A program made the translations under genes and the position numbers. Source: a virus. Taken from it: 64,000 nt of DNA. Shown here piece by piece: positions 55,001-64,000 of the stretch. Where the stretch lies: positions 480 through 64,479 of IMG/VR virus record IMGVR_UViG_3300027816_000052. One strand, given 5' to 3'. Under the pieces are notes generated by a model. The model ran no database searches. It saw nothing but the letters and a program-made list of their open reading frames with translations, and was not told the DNA's origin. Position 1 is the stretch's first letter, and each line of letters begins with the position of its first letter.

Positions 55001-55220
55001 TGAAACTAGTCCAGCATCATCACCATCAATAACTCCACCAGAAGCTCCTGAGAGCGCACCAACTGAAACTCCAACAACAGTACCTGAATCAAAACAGGAA
55101 AGAGTAAATATTTTACTTGAAGGTGGTCTTTTAAATGAAGATGAAGAAATCGATTTGAGTAAAGCTAGAATTCAATTAGGTGAAATGGAAGAACATTTAA
55201 ATAAACTTCTAAAGTCGTGA
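52080..55220 (+). CDS. Portal protein (T4 gp20-like) interrupted by an in-frame intein
   Basis: 1046 aa. LAEDAMLIYRTSRAPERRVFKVFVGNM...IDTLPGA aligns to T4 gp20 ...[26 protein letters not shown]...VDTLPGA. After the insertion, SNLSEIADIEYIQKKLLTALRIP aligns to T4 [23 protein letters not shown]. Confidence 0.85.
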   Translation: MEDEKLTIWQRLSKGFGPNSLLGQESPTFKFDKKVLLKTPNKQEYEREKLQAQQTAYLTYQWSKIENNLYTQSVYYEPTRLASYYDYESMEYFPEISAALDTFSEESTTPNQDGQMLQIYSESKRIKSILTDLFYNQLDINTNLPMWTRNTCKYGDNFVFLKLDPEKGIVGCFQLPNIEIERIEKGMVKRPGGTPNSDPENKQMKFSWKQKDLDFNTWEVAHFRLLGDDRKLPYGTSMLEKARRIWKQLVLAEDAMLIYRTSRAPERRVFKVFVGNMDDKDVEAYVQRFANKFKRDQVADPKTGNVDLRFNQMAVDQDYFVPVRDIAAPNPIDTLPGACIDLNTRIPLLDGRTLTLQQIINEWDNGNRNLWVYSCDPNTGSVHPGMVTWAGVTRKDAEVIKITLDNGEEVITTPDHKFVHRTREFVEAKDLIVGDSLMPFYSRTEKIKTNTNDYHQIFDNEKNQWVFTHRMVKNSTVGSSLVKEWVFNSEFKNKDKKIIHHKDHNRFNNNPNNLLIMNGEDHLKYHQHIIKETIWKDIELNKKKISEGIKNYLNNLSSDELQKRHERINNPISKAKTTKKLLEWNKNDENLKNKGKKISKAYTEERKNKIKELNLIRWLNDDYRNKVFSKKQTITFDDYIYNSFVSEFKKTLRADLALKNLNNSFEFISHFKQINEEIRSSLTNLNEFTQNHVDKMVKQQGFKNFTEWKHFECKKRGFKNIRQWKYNVEKEIYFNHKITKIEWLTNKIDTGTITVDGNELYSKSHTFAIESGIFIKNSNLSEIADIEYIQKKLLTALRIPKAFLGFEEVVADGKNLALQDIRFARTINRIQKSMLAELNKIAIIHLFILGFEDELSNFTLGLTNPSTQADLLKVEVWKEKILLYKDAVAGIEGIAPTSHSWAKKHILGFSDDEIKLDIQQQRIEKAVAKELENTPNVIVKTGIFDSVDAIYGQKGGGTQAGTPPQEPTSDMTMPETSPASSPSITPPEAPESAPTETPTTVPESKQERVNILLEGGLLNEDEEIDLSKARIQLGEMEEHLNKLLKS
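53094..54410 (+). other. Intein (439 aa) with HNH homing-endonuclease domain inside the portal gene
   Basis: Begins CIDLNTRIPLLDGR (block A) right after the conserved TLPGA. Contains HHKDHNRFNNNPNNLLIMNGEDHLKYH (HNH). Ends ...GIFIKN, followed by +1 Ser. Confidence 0.7.
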
Positions 55221-55247
55221 TATTTATTTAAAAATATATTTTGAAAA

Positions 55248-55955
55248 ATGAAAACCTTTGGAACTATAAAAACAAAAATTGAGGATAAATTAACTGATTC
55301 CTACAAAAAAAATACATTTAAAAAAGAATTAAAGAAATTTAAAACACTTGTTTTAGAAGATAAAAATGTTGTGCAAATTTATCACATTTATGACAATTTA
55401 TCTAAACCTCAAGGATATTCCGAAGAAACATCAAAATTATTTTTAGATGAAGCAATTAATATGGTTAAAAAATCAATCGAAAAAACTGATTTTAAAAAAT
55501 TAAATGAATGGATAAGTGATGTAAAATCTGAAAACAGATATTCACATATTGATATGATTGTTGAGGGTAAAGTCCAACAAATTGAATCTATTATTAATAG
55601 TAAAAAATTAATAATTGAAAATTTACAGAAAAAACAAGATAAGAAAGAGGTAATTAATCTACCACTAAAAACTATGTTAGGTGTAGCAAATAAAGCATTA
55701 AATTCAATTGTGTCTAATTTGAATGAGGAAGAGAAAAAAGAGTTAACTCATATTATTTCTTTATCTGAAAATGATATAAAAATTCAATTTAGTGATTTAA
55801 AGGAAAGTACAATAAAAAAATTAGAAAGTTTATTATTAGAACAAACTGATGTCGAGTTGGTTAATAAGATTCAAGATACTATTACAAAAATAAAAGATGA
55901 GACTCCCGGAAGTTTAAGTCTATATAAGTTACTAACGTTAAATAAAACATTTTAA
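55248..55955 (+). CDS. Hypothetical head-assembly module protein
   Basis: 235 aa, K/E-rich, between portal and protease, where T4 has prohead core genes. Confidence 0.45.
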   Translation: MKTFGTIKTKIEDKLTDSYKKNTFKKELKKFKTLVLEDKNVVQIYHIYDNLSKPQGYSEETSKLFLDEAINMVKKSIEKTDFKKLNEWISDVKSENRYSHIDMIVEGKVQQIESIINSKKLIIENLQKKQDKKEVINLPLKTMLGVANKALNSIVSNLNEEEKKELTHIISLSENDIKIQFSDLKESTIKKLESLLLEQTDVELVNKIQDTITKIKDETPGSLSLYKLLTLNKTF

Positions 55956-56025
55956 AAAAAATTTGTTAATTCAGTATTTGTTTTCTATACTTTAAAAAAT
56001 AAACTTTTATGTGAGATGAGTATAG

Positions 56026-56496
56026 ATGAAGACAGGAAAAACATTAAAACTAACCGGTTATAATAATATAAAAGTTAGTTACGGTACGGTGGATTTTAAA
56101 AATTTTAAATCGTTATATTTAAATATTCAAAGTTGGTTGCAACCAAAGATTGATTTGGAAGATTGGGATCGAGTCGTGGGTAATTTACGAAAAGATGTAA
56201 AGCACGTAATTCATGATATATTAAATCCAATTTTTTTTGAAAATAATTATATTGTTGATTTGGATTTAAGAACTAGCGGAATCCAATATGGAAAAAGGAG
56301 TTTTATGAATTTAGAAATAACACTTTACGTTAAAAACAATATAAACTTTAAATCAAGTGAACTTAGAAATGAACTTAATTACATTTCAAGAACAATAAAT
56401 GATAATGTCTTTTTAAATAATAAATATTTTACATATTCAATAACAAAAAAGATTACACAAGAAAATATATTAGAAAATACACATATTTATAGATAA
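56026..56496 (+). CDS. Hypothetical head-assembly module protein
   Basis: 156-aa ORF. Confidence 0.45.
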   Translation: MKTGKTLKLTGYNNIKVSYGTVDFKNFKSLYLNIQSWLQPKIDLEDWDRVVGNLRKDVKHVIHDILNPIFFENNYIVDLDLRTSGIQYGKRSFMNLEITLYVKNNINFKSSELRNELNYISRTINDNVFLNNKYFTYSITKKITQENILENTHIYR

Positions 56497-56506
56497 AAAA
56501 TTATCT

Positions 56507-57229
56507 ATGAAAATCTTAGGACCAAACGAAATAGGACAAAGAGGTATTCTTATTGAAATGGATGCTGGTTATATTTCACCAAGTGATGAACGTAATTTAG
56601 CAATCATTAAAGAATCTAAAAACTTATTGGATTATTCAAAACCATTTGAATTTTATGCTGTATTACAAAAATACGGAGTACCAAACAGAAATGGTAGAAT
56701 TTATCCTGAAAGTATATTAAAAAGAGAATCTGAAAATTATTTAAAATTAATCAAACAAGGGAAAGCTATGAGTGAATTAAATCACCCAGAATCTTCCCTT
56801 ATTGATTTGGATAGAGTTTCACATCTTATTACAGATATGTGGTGGGACGGTCATATTTTAATGGGTAAATTAAAGTTATTAACATCACCCGGATTCCATG
56901 AAAGAGGTATTGTATCAACAAAAGCGGACATTGCTGCTAATTTGTTAAGACACGGTGCAACTTTGGGTATTTCCTCAAGAGGTGTTGGTTCATTGGTTAA
57001 AAAGGGTGAACAAAATGAGGTTCAATCAGATTTTGAATTAATTTGTTTTGATTTGGTATCATCACCTTCAACACCGGGTGCGTATCTCTTTAGTGATGTT
57101 AATGATAGAAACAAATTTGAAGAGAATATTGAGGAAGAGAAAAAATTGAGACAGCAGCCTATTTCAGATAAAAAAGAAATTAAGTCACTTGACTTAATGA
57201 AAAGATTATCCGATTATTTGGGAAAATAA
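56507..57229 (+). CDS. Candidate prohead core protease (T4 gp21 position)
   Basis: 240 aa between portal and scaffold genes. Contains a NRNGRIYPESI segment and conserved His/Ser residues. Assignment is by synteny plus weak motif recall. Confidence 0.45.
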   Translation: MKILGPNEIGQRGILIEMDAGYISPSDERNLAIIKESKNLLDYSKPFEFYAVLQKYGVPNRNGRIYPESILKRESENYLKLIKQGKAMSELNHPESSLIDLDRVSHLITDMWWDGHILMGKLKLLTSPGFHERGIVSTKADIAANLLRHGATLGISSRGVGSLVKKGEQNEVQSDFELICFDLVSSPSTPGAYLFSDVNDRNKFEENIEEEKKLRQQPISDKKEIKSLDLMKRLSDYLGK

Positions 57230-57246
57230 TCTAAAACATTTTAAAA

Positions 57247-57462
57247 ATGAACGAAAATCAAAAGTATTTTGTGGCAAAAGTTTCTTTGGACATTCCAGAT
57301 CTTGACAGCGGTAGAATTAAAACAAAAAAAGAAGAGAAATTAGTTATGGGATATTCCGTAACTGATGTTGAAGCTAAAATTACAAAAAAATATGAAGGAT
57401 TTCCTAGTGATTGGAGAATTACTGCGGTAGTTGAGAGTAAAATAGATGAGGTGATAAGTTAA
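57247..57462 (+). CDS. Hypothetical small protein
   Basis: 71-aa ORF followed by a terminator. Confidence 0.4.
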   Translation: MNENQKYFVAKVSLDIPDLDSGRIKTKKEEKLVMGYSVTDVEAKITKKYEGFPSDWRITAVVESKIDEVIS

Positions 57463-57487
57463 TAACTTTATAAATAATTTAATAAAA

Positions 57488-57513
57488 AGAGGACATTTTG
57501 TCCTCTTTTTTTG
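57488..57513 (+). terminator. Rho-independent terminator
   Basis: AGAGGACA-ttttg-TGTCCTCT followed by TTTTTTT. Confidence 0.7.
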
Positions 57514-57566
57514 TTTTTTTATGATTTTTTCAAATTAGCACATATTTATTGTTAAAAATATAATAA

Positions 57567-59114
57567 ATGTCAGAAAAAAAATCATTAGTAGAAGATACTC
57601 TAATCCAAATGAGAAATTTGGAGGAAGCTATCCAAGAAAATGCAAAAGGAATACTTGCTTCAACCATGAAGGAAGAAATCAGTGATTTAGTAAAAGAGTC
57701 TTTAAATGAGACTGAAACAGAAGAGGAAATGGATGAAATGGAAATGGAGTCCAAGACCGATGATAAAGTTGACGAGCAAGAGTCATCCGATTTAGAAATG
57801 GACATGGATATGGAAGATGAAGTTAGTGACGAATCTGAAGAAGAGTCTGATGAAGATTCAGAAGAGATGATGGGCGCTGAAATGAATCTTGACATGGACG
57901 TAGAAGATGAAGTCCCGATGGACTTAACAAACGCATCAACAGAAGAGCTTTTAAAAGTTTTTAAAGCTATGGGTGAAGAAGATGGTATTATCGTTAAAAA
58001 AGAAGATGATAAAATCCATCTAAAAGATGATTCAGAAGGTGTTGAATATATGATTGATTTAGGAGAAAGCATTAATGAACAACCTCTTGATTTGGGCGAT
58101 GAGTCTGAGGAAGAAGAATTTGACTTTAATTTAGATGATGAATCTGAAGATGAGGAATTTGAATTCGATGAGTTTGAAGAAAGAATGCCAATGCGTAAAT
58201 CACATAGAATTCGCAAAATGAAAAGAGATGAAGAAATGCATGAACAATCATTTGCGGATGAGACAGAGTCTGAAAAACAAGCCGATATTGATGCGATGTT
58301 AGACGATATCTTTAATGAATCAGAAGTATCTGAGGAGGAAGAGGTTGTCTATGAAATTGAGCTAGATGAAGAGGATGATAATGAAGATATGACGGAAGAA
58401 ACTGAAGAAACAGATGAGGAAATGAATGAAACCTATGATTTAGAGGAAGCATTCAAACCAAAAATGTTCAAAGGTAAAAATCCTGAAAATAAAACAAATA
58501 AAGGTCCGAAAAAGATGTTAATGAAAAAACCTACCGGAAAAATGTTTGGTATGACACCAAAAATCGGTAAAACAACAAAAACATCGGAATCTGATGTAAA
58601 GAAAGTTGAGACCAAAGAAGCAGCAAGAACCTTGGGTATGGGTAGTAAATTTAGAAAAGGTGGTTTACCAAAACCTAAAGCTGCCCCAAGACATCTCGGA
58701 GAAGATTTTGATTTTGAAGCGATGAACGCTGAGTTAGTTTCTTTAAGAGAAAAAAATGAAGAATATAGAAAAGCATTAAATATCTTCAGAGAAAAACTTA
58801 ATGAGGTTGCTATATTCAATTCAAATCTTGCTTATGCGACAAGACTTTTCACCGAACATTCAACTTCTAAGCAAGAAAAAATTAATATTCTTAGAAGATT
58901 TGATGGTGTTGAGACAATTAAGGAATCTAAAAATCTTTACACAACAATAAAAGAGGAATTAAGTTCCAAGGGTGTTACACCAATAACCGAATCGATTGAG
59001 TCAAAAATTGAAAAAACTCCATCTAGCGGTTCTGCGGCTAATTTGATTGAGTCAAAAACTTATGAGAATCCGCAGTTCTTGAGAATGAAAGACCTCATGA
59101 ATAAAATAAAATAA
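57567..59114 (+). CDS. Acidic prohead scaffold protein (T4 gp22 position)
   Basis: 515 aa. Extremely D/E-rich central region, helical K/E-rich ends, directly upstream of the major capsid gene. Confidence 0.6.
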   Translation: MSEKKSLVEDTLIQMRNLEEAIQENAKGILASTMKEEISDLVKESLNETETEEEMDEMEMESKTDDKVDEQESSDLEMDMDMEDEVSDESEEESDEDSEEMMGAEMNLDMDVEDEVPMDLTNASTEELLKVFKAMGEEDGIIVKKEDDKIHLKDDSEGVEYMIDLGESINEQPLDLGDESEEEEFDFNLDDESEDEEFEFDEFEERMPMRKSHRIRKMKRDEEMHEQSFADETESEKQADIDAMLDDIFNESEVSEEEEVVYEIELDEEDDNEDMTEETEETDEEMNETYDLEEAFKPKMFKGKNPENKTNKGPKKMLMKKPTGKMFGMTPKIGKTTKTSESDVKKVETKEAARTLGMGSKFRKGGLPKPKAAPRHLGEDFDFEAMNAELVSLREKNEEYRKALNIFREKLNEVAIFNSNLAYATRLFTEHSTSKQEKINILRRFDGVETIKESKNLYTTIKEELSSKGVTPITESIESKIEKTPSSGSAANLIESKTYENPQFLRMKDLMNKIK

Positions 59115-59137
59115 ACCTAAAAAACAATTAAAAAACA

Positions 59138-60997
59138 ATGGGTGCATTATTAGAAAGCGGTCTTGTTGGTAACATTGGTCTTAAGCATCTTAAGGTTATC
59201 AAGGAAGACACAATTAACAAGTGGGACAAATTAGGATTCTTAGAGGGTCTTAGAGGTCACTTAAAGGAAAACATGGCTCAGTTGTATGAAAACCAAGCTT
59301 CACATCTTATTAACGAAGCTGCTTCAACAACTGATAGCGGTTCATTTGAAACCGTAGTTTTCCCGATTATCAGAAGAGTTTTCTCAAAACTCTTGGCGAA
59401 CGATATCGTATCAGTTCAAGCCATGAACCTTCCTATCGGTAAGTTATTCTACTTTATTCCGAGAATTCAGGGTTATACCGGCGCTACTGCTGATGCCGCT
59501 ATCCCCGGTGGTTTCTCAGATTCAGGTCAGCACTACGCTCCGGTTGGTTCTCCCGGTAACTATCCCGGAGATCCTAACACTGGATATCCCCCTGCTTCAA
59601 ATGCTTATGGAAAGAATCTTTACGATCTCTTCTATGAGGGTAATGAGCCGGGATTAAATCCTGCCGGTCTTTTCGATTACTCAAAGGGTAGATTCCTCAT
59701 CGTAACTGCTAACACACAAACTGTTGCTTGGAGCGGTTCTGACCTTATCGCTTCTGCTTACACCGCTGGTGAATTCAGAAAGATTTTAGTCGCTCTTTCA
59801 GGTTTCTCAACTGTAGGTGCTGGTAAGCTTATTGGTCCTGATGGTCAAGAAATGGATACAGAGTCATTCTTGTCAGATCTTACTCTTTATACTTCAAACG
59901 CAACAGTTGCTTCACAATTAGGTACTTCGACAATAACTCCTCTTCTTTACAGAGTTGTAACTCAGAAGTATGGTAAGGGTATTGTTGAGTACGGTACCAC
60001 AACTCAGGCTCCGTTTAACAGAACTACAACTGGTGGAAATGGTGGTTACTTTGATAACATCTGCTCACCGACCGGTATCATTTACCTCGAAGTTGACGCT
60101 CAAGTCCCTGTTTGTATTTCATGTAATAACGCTAACACAATTGATGGTTACTCTGGTGCCACTATTACATCTGCCGCTTGGTCAGGTTCATCTGGAAGTG
60201 GTCAAATTATGGCAGCTTGGAAGCGTTACGAAGAACTCGAATTTGAAGACAAGATTGGTGAAGTTTCGTTTGACCTTCAGTCAGTAACTGTTTCAGTAAC
60301 TGAAAGAAAGTTAAGAGCACAATGGTCACCTGAACTCGCTCAAGACGTTGCGGCTTTCCACAACATTGATGCTGAGGCTGAATTAACCGCTCTCTTATCT
60401 GAACAAGTTGCTGCTGAAATCGACAGAGAAATCTTAAGAGATTTAAGAAAGGGTGCTGCTTGGACATTAAGATGGGATTACAATGGTTGGAAGAGATTAG
60501 GTACCGCTGCTGTTCCTTATACCCAAAAGGACTGGAACCAGACCCTCATCACCGCTATCAACCAAATCTCAGCACAAATCCACAAGTCAACCTTAAGAGG
60601 TGGTGCTAACTGGATTGTTGTATCATCTGAAATCTCAGCTATCTTCGACGATCTCGAATACTTCCACGTTTCAAACGCTGCTCCTGAACAGGATCAGTAC
60701 AACATGGGTATTGAGAAAATCGGTACATTAGCTGGAAGATATCAGGTTTACAGAGATCCTTACTTCCCACCCAACACTGTGTTGCTCGGTCACAAGGGAA
60801 CCTCTCTCTTAGATACTGGTTACGTCTACGCTCCGTATGTACCTCTCCAGTTAACTCCGACAATGTACAATCCGTTCAACTTTACCCCGATTAAGGGTAT
60901 CATGACCCGTTACGCCAAAAAAATGGTAAATAACCGGTTCTATGGTAGAATTACTGTTGACGGTGTTCGTTCATTTGACTTAAGAGAATTGAGATAA
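59138..60997 (+). CDS. Major capsid protein (T4 gp23-like)
   Basis: 619 aa. VFPIIRRVFSKLLANDIVSVQAMNLPIGKLFYFIPR aligns to gp23 MVRRAIPNLIAFDICGVQPMNSPTGQVFALRAV. C-terminal GRYQVYRDPYF...GYVYAPYVPLQLTPT...FNFTPIKGIMTRYA aligns to GKYRVYIDQYA...GIYYAPYVALTPL...FQPVMGFKTRYG. Codon usage shifted to C/G-ending codons. Confidence 0.9.
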   Translation: MGALLESGLVGNIGLKHLKVIKEDTINKWDKLGFLEGLRGHLKENMAQLYENQASHLINEAASTTDSGSFETVVFPIIRRVFSKLLANDIVSVQAMNLPIGKLFYFIPRIQGYTGATADAAIPGGFSDSGQHYAPVGSPGNYPGDPNTGYPPASNAYGKNLYDLFYEGNEPGLNPAGLFDYSKGRFLIVTANTQTVAWSGSDLIASAYTAGEFRKILVALSGFSTVGAGKLIGPDGQEMDTESFLSDLTLYTSNATVASQLGTSTITPLLYRVVTQKYGKGIVEYGTTTQAPFNRTTTGGNGGYFDNICSPTGIIYLEVDAQVPVCISCNNANTIDGYSGATITSAAWSGSSGSGQIMAAWKRYEELEFEDKIGEVSFDLQSVTVSVTERKLRAQWSPELAQDVAAFHNIDAEAELTALLSEQVAAEIDREILRDLRKGAAWTLRWDYNGWKRLGTAAVPYTQKDWNQTLITAINQISAQIHKSTLRGGANWIVVSSEISAIFDDLEYFHVSNAAPEQDQYNMGIEKIGTLAGRYQVYRDPYFPPNTVLLGHKGTSLLDTGYVYAPYVPLQLTPTMYNPFNFTPIKGIMTRYAKKMVNNRFYGRITVDGVRSFDLRELR

Positions 60998-61024
60998 TAG
61001 ACTCAAAAACAACAAAATAAAGAA

Positions 61025-61050
61025 GGCGGGAGATTTCTCCCGCTTTTTTT
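61025..61050 (+). terminator. Rho-independent terminator after the capsid gene
   Basis: GCGGGAG-attt-CTCCCGC followed by TTTTTTT. Confidence 0.75.
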
Positions 61051-61116
61051 ATTTATATTTTTCATGGTTAATTGACGATTCTATGGATTAATGTTATATT
61101 TATTAAAAAGGTAAAA

Positions 61117-62544
61117 ATGAAAAAAATAGAACCAACAAAAGAACAAGTAGAAGAAATGCTACATTTATATAATGTCGAGTTACTTGGTTCTCCGACAATA
61201 GCGGAAAAAATGGGGCTATCAAAACCAACTGTAATACGTATCCTAAAAGAAAATGGTGCTAAGTTTGGACCGTCTGGTAGAAAATTTAAAGGGGGTAAAT
61301 CAGTTTCCGATAAAAAATACCGAACTAAAAAAGAAGTTGTTGATAGAATAAAAAGTTATTTTAAAAATTGGTCAAAAGAAAACAAAGAACATTTAAATGA
61401 ATATTGTAAAAATTGGACTGAAAAAAACATAGAAAGGGTAAGAGCAAAAAAAGCCCAATATGAGCGAGAGAAAAAAGCAAAAGACCCCAAATACAAAATA
61501 TCCAGCGTATTTAGAACCGCACTATATACAGCGTTAAAAGAAAAGGATATTCTTAAAGATAAAAAATGTTTTGAGTTATTAGGTTACACTAAAAATGATT
61601 TAATAAAACATTTAACTAAATTACTAGAACCCGGAATGACCTTAGAAAATTATGGTGAGTGGCATATCGATCATATAATTCCAATATCTAAATTTAATTA
61701 CACCTCAACGCAAGATGATGAATTTAAGGAATGTTGGTCATTAAGTAATTTAAAACCCATGTGGGGTCCAGAAAACATTAGTAAGAGTGATAAGATTATT
61801 GCGCATCAATATAAAATAAGACAACAAAAAGAAATCGAACAACAAAATGCAATTGATTTTAATATTACAAAAGTAAGTTTAAAGAATTGTGAAATTAGAC
61901 AGATAACTAGAAAAGAATGTGAACCAATCATAAATGAATATGAATGGTTAGGTTATCTTCCAAGATATACAAATTATTATTTTGGTATTTTCTTTAAGAT
62001 TGACGATAGAGAAATTCTTGGGGGTGTTGTCGCATATCAACCCGAATATGGTGAGAATATGGGGGTATGGGATAAATATGGTTATACGGGTAAAATAATA
62101 CAATTAAGCAGAGGTGTTTGTCTTTGGTGGACACCAAAAAATACAGCATCTTTCTTTATTACAAGAACAAATGAATGGTTAAAAAAGAATACACACTATA
62201 AGGTAGTTACAGCAACCGTGGACTCTTCCGCTGGTGAAATTGGTACTATATATCAATCAATGAATTGGTATTATGTTGGTACGTTTGGTGGTAATATAAC
62301 AAAAACCGGTAAAGAGAGAATTCGTTATGGTTATATTATAAATGGTAAGACATACAATCAAAGACATATAAGAAGTATGATTGGTACAGCAAAAAAAGAA
62401 AATGTGTTAAAGCATTTTCCAGATGTTAAAATGGTTAATTTGGGTAGGAAAAAAAGATATTTTACTTTCTTAGGTAATAAGAAAGAAAACGAAGAACTAT
62501 TCAAACCAATAAAAAATTTAATTAAGGAATATCCGAAACGATAA
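61117..62544 (+). CDS. HNH homing-endonuclease-like protein with N-terminal HTH and a large C-terminal domain
   Basis: ORF track starts at 61072. ATG at 61117 (MKKIEP) has an AAGG 8 nt upstream. HNH core GEWHIDHIIPISKFNYTSTQDDEFKECWSLSNLKPMWGPENISKSDK. Confidence 0.65.
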   Translation: MKKIEPTKEQVEEMLHLYNVELLGSPTIAEKMGLSKPTVIRILKENGAKFGPSGRKFKGGKSVSDKKYRTKKEVVDRIKSYFKNWSKENKEHLNEYCKNWTEKNIERVRAKKAQYEREKKAKDPKYKISSVFRTALYTALKEKDILKDKKCFELLGYTKNDLIKHLTKLLEPGMTLENYGEWHIDHIIPISKFNYTSTQDDEFKECWSLSNLKPMWGPENISKSDKIIAHQYKIRQQKEIEQQNAIDFNITKVSLKNCEIRQITRKECEPIINEYEWLGYLPRYTNYYFGIFFKIDDREILGGVVAYQPEYGENMGVWDKYGYTGKIIQLSRGVCLWWTPKNTASFFITRTNEWLKKNTHYKVVTATVDSSAGEIGTIYQSMNWYYVGTFGGNITKTGKERIRYGYIINGKTYNQRHIRSMIGTAKKENVLKHFPDVKMVNLGRKKRYFTFLGNKKENEELFKPIKNLIKEYPKR

Positions 62545-62546
62545 TA

Positions 62547-62789
62547 TTACCAAATTATTTTTTTCCAATCATCAATAAGTTTTTTTCTTTTTTCTTGGTC
62601 AATTCCAAGACTTTTTAAATCGTCCTCAATTTTTTGAACTAGTGTTGTTCTTTGTTCAATGATATTATCAACACCACCACCAAATGAAATTACCTTTCCA
62701 ATTTTTGTTACATTAGATAAAACTTCATGGTATTCTTGGGATGTTAATCCGGTTAAATGAAAGTTTGCTTGATATAATTGTTCACTCAT
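62547..62789 (-). CDS. Hypothetical small protein
   Basis: 80-aa ORF, overlaps the upstream minus-strand ORF by 8 nt. Confidence 0.45.
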   Translation of the reverse strand: MSEQLYQANFHLTGLTSQEYHEVLSNVTKIGKVISFGGGVDNIIEQRTTLVQKIEDDLKSLGIDQEKRKKLIDDWKKIIW

Positions 62790-62994
62790 TGGTCATTATA
62801 TATCTTAAAGCTTTGGATACAACTTCACTCTCCTCAAGAGAAAAGACTCCTCTTGAGTGTGCTGCTTTTATTGCTTGATTTAAACAATAAATTGCTTGTT
62901 CATTTGTCATTCCATTTGAAAAAGCATCCAAATCATTATTTGAATAATAATTTATTGAATTAAATAACGTACCTATTGGTGTTTTTTCTTCCAT
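62782..62994 (-). CDS. Hypothetical small protein
   Basis: 70-aa ORF. It is the first gene of a 2-gene minus-strand pair inside an otherwise plus-strand module. Confidence 0.45.
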   Translation of the reverse strand: MEEKTPIGTLFNSINYYSNNDLDAFSNGMTNEQAIYCLNQAIKAAHSRGVFSLEESEVVSKALRYIMTNE

Positions 62995-63053
62995 TTTTAT
63001 TTAAATATATAAAAATTTATCTCGCATTCAAGATATTTATTGTAAAAACTTTT

Positions 63054-64000
63054 ATGAAAGTTAAAAAAGAAATAATTTTTAGATTTTTGGATTTAAGATT
63101 TAGTCGATATACGTTGGTTAAATCAAAATGTTCTGTTACTGGTGATTTGAGTTTTATCGTACCAGCTTGGGCAATGTATGCAATTGAATGCGGTAATTAC
63201 GAGACATTAAGTGAAGAGGAAATTGAAAGTCTTAATGATTTTTTGGATGATTTGGTTAAAACTTATGGTAATGCTGTGTTAGCTTTTGGGGATGAATCAT
63301 ATTTTTCAACAATCAATGATATTGATAATTTAGGTGGTGACGTTTTTCAGGCTAGTTTAGTTCCAAGTGTAGTAAATACCTATATTGTGGATTTAAATAA
63401 CGATAAATTAATAATGAAACACGAATTTAAAAGTAATTATGTTTTTTTTAAGGATATAATATTTGAAATGAATTCTATTTTTAGTTTAAAAGAAGACGAT
63501 TACAATTCACTTAGAGAAATTATTAATGAGTGGGTTGAGGACAGATTTAATATACCAAGAAGTTTATCGACATTTCATACATTCTCAAAAATAAATTATC
63601 GTAACGATTTAATTTCATGTATAATGCGTAAGGCAGTTGAGACAAAAAAACTAGATTATCTTAATAATAAAAAAAATAATGTTTCAGAAAATTCAAGTTC
63701 TAGATTTGCTGGTGAATATAATGGACCGATTGAGTTGGGTTTAAGAAAGTGGAAAAATCCTGAACTTAAACCTTTTAGTGAAATTTCTTCGCATTTAGCA
63801 AATAACGATAGTAAAAGCAAAACACTTAAAGATAACATAAAACGTATTGTTGGAATGTGGGAAAAAGGTTCAGATGGAACATATGATATACCAACACATG
63901 ATGTTGATACAATTAATGAGGATTTAGCTGTTTGGTTTGGTAAGAAAAAGAAACCAAAAGGTAGTAAACAACCACAAGGTCCGTGGGTTAATATTTGCAA
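63054..64000 (+). CDS. Hypothetical protein, 3' end beyond window; absent from the ORF track because it runs off the edge
   Basis: Open frame from ATG 63054 to the window end (over 315 codons): MKVKKEIIFRFLDLRFSRYTLVKSKCSVTGD... The antisense ORF 63656..64000 is judged spurious. Confidence 0.55.
   Translation, partial: MKVKKEIIFRFLDLRFSRYTLVKSKCSVTGDLSFIVPAWAMYAIECGNYETLSEEEIESLNDFLDDLVKTYGNAVLAFGDESYFSTINDIDNLGGDVFQASLVPSVVNTYIVDLNNDKLIMKHEFKSNYVFFKDIIFEMNSIFSLKEDDYNSLREIINEWVEDRFNIPRSLSTFHTFSKINYRNDLISCIMRKAVETKKLDYLNNKKNNVSENSSSRFAGEYNGPIELGLRKWKNPELKPFSEISSHLANNDSKSKTLKDNIKRIVGMWEKGSDGTYDIPTHDVDTINEDLAVWFGKKKKPKGSKQPQGPWVNIC

Noticed and set aside
63656-64000. Minus-strand 114-aa ORF at the window end
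   Set aside because: It lies entirely within a long uninterrupted plus-strand reading frame (63054 to the end) with normal amino-acid composition.

Overview
This is an AT-rich (roughly 30% GC) segment of a large virulent tailed phage, most likely infecting a Bacteroidetes (Flavobacteriia-like) host. The + strand module at 50.3-61.0 kb has clear T4-like gene order: large terminase (gp17-like), portal (gp20-like, carrying a ~439-aa HNH-containing intein), a candidate prohead protease, an acidic scaffold and a gp23-like major capsid protein. An HNH endonuclease follows the capsid gene. A tail-fibre block sits at 9.5-14.0 kb, downstream of a 1451-aa secreted beta-helix protein. I fold 23 tRNA genes by eye; together they cover all 20 amino-acid specificities. 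They lie in three clusters: + strand 1.7-3.9 kb, - strand 35.4-36.3 kb and - strand 39.5-41.6 kb. Three further tRNA-like loci could not be resolved, and one tRNA-Arg-like gene looks degenerate. A Zn-finger/DUF559-like endonuclease, an endonuclease-VII-like gene and hairpin-rich non-coding stretches are embedded in the tRNA regions. Other notable items: (1) a multicopy family of proteins with hypervariable 20-aa LRR-like tandem repeats and a conserved Leu-x-Glu-containing N-terminal module; (2) a ClpA/B-like ATPase split by a mini-intein that carries an in-frame TAA; (3) a fusion of NTase-like, M23 peptidase, peptidoglycan-binding and tail-lysozyme-like domains; (4) host-like secreted proteins, lipoproteins and a T9SS-sorted protein, some with Bacteroidetes-type promoter motifs; (5) a GC-rich Gly-repeat fibre gene. 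All calls come from reading the sequence and ORF translations. No database searches or folding programs were run.
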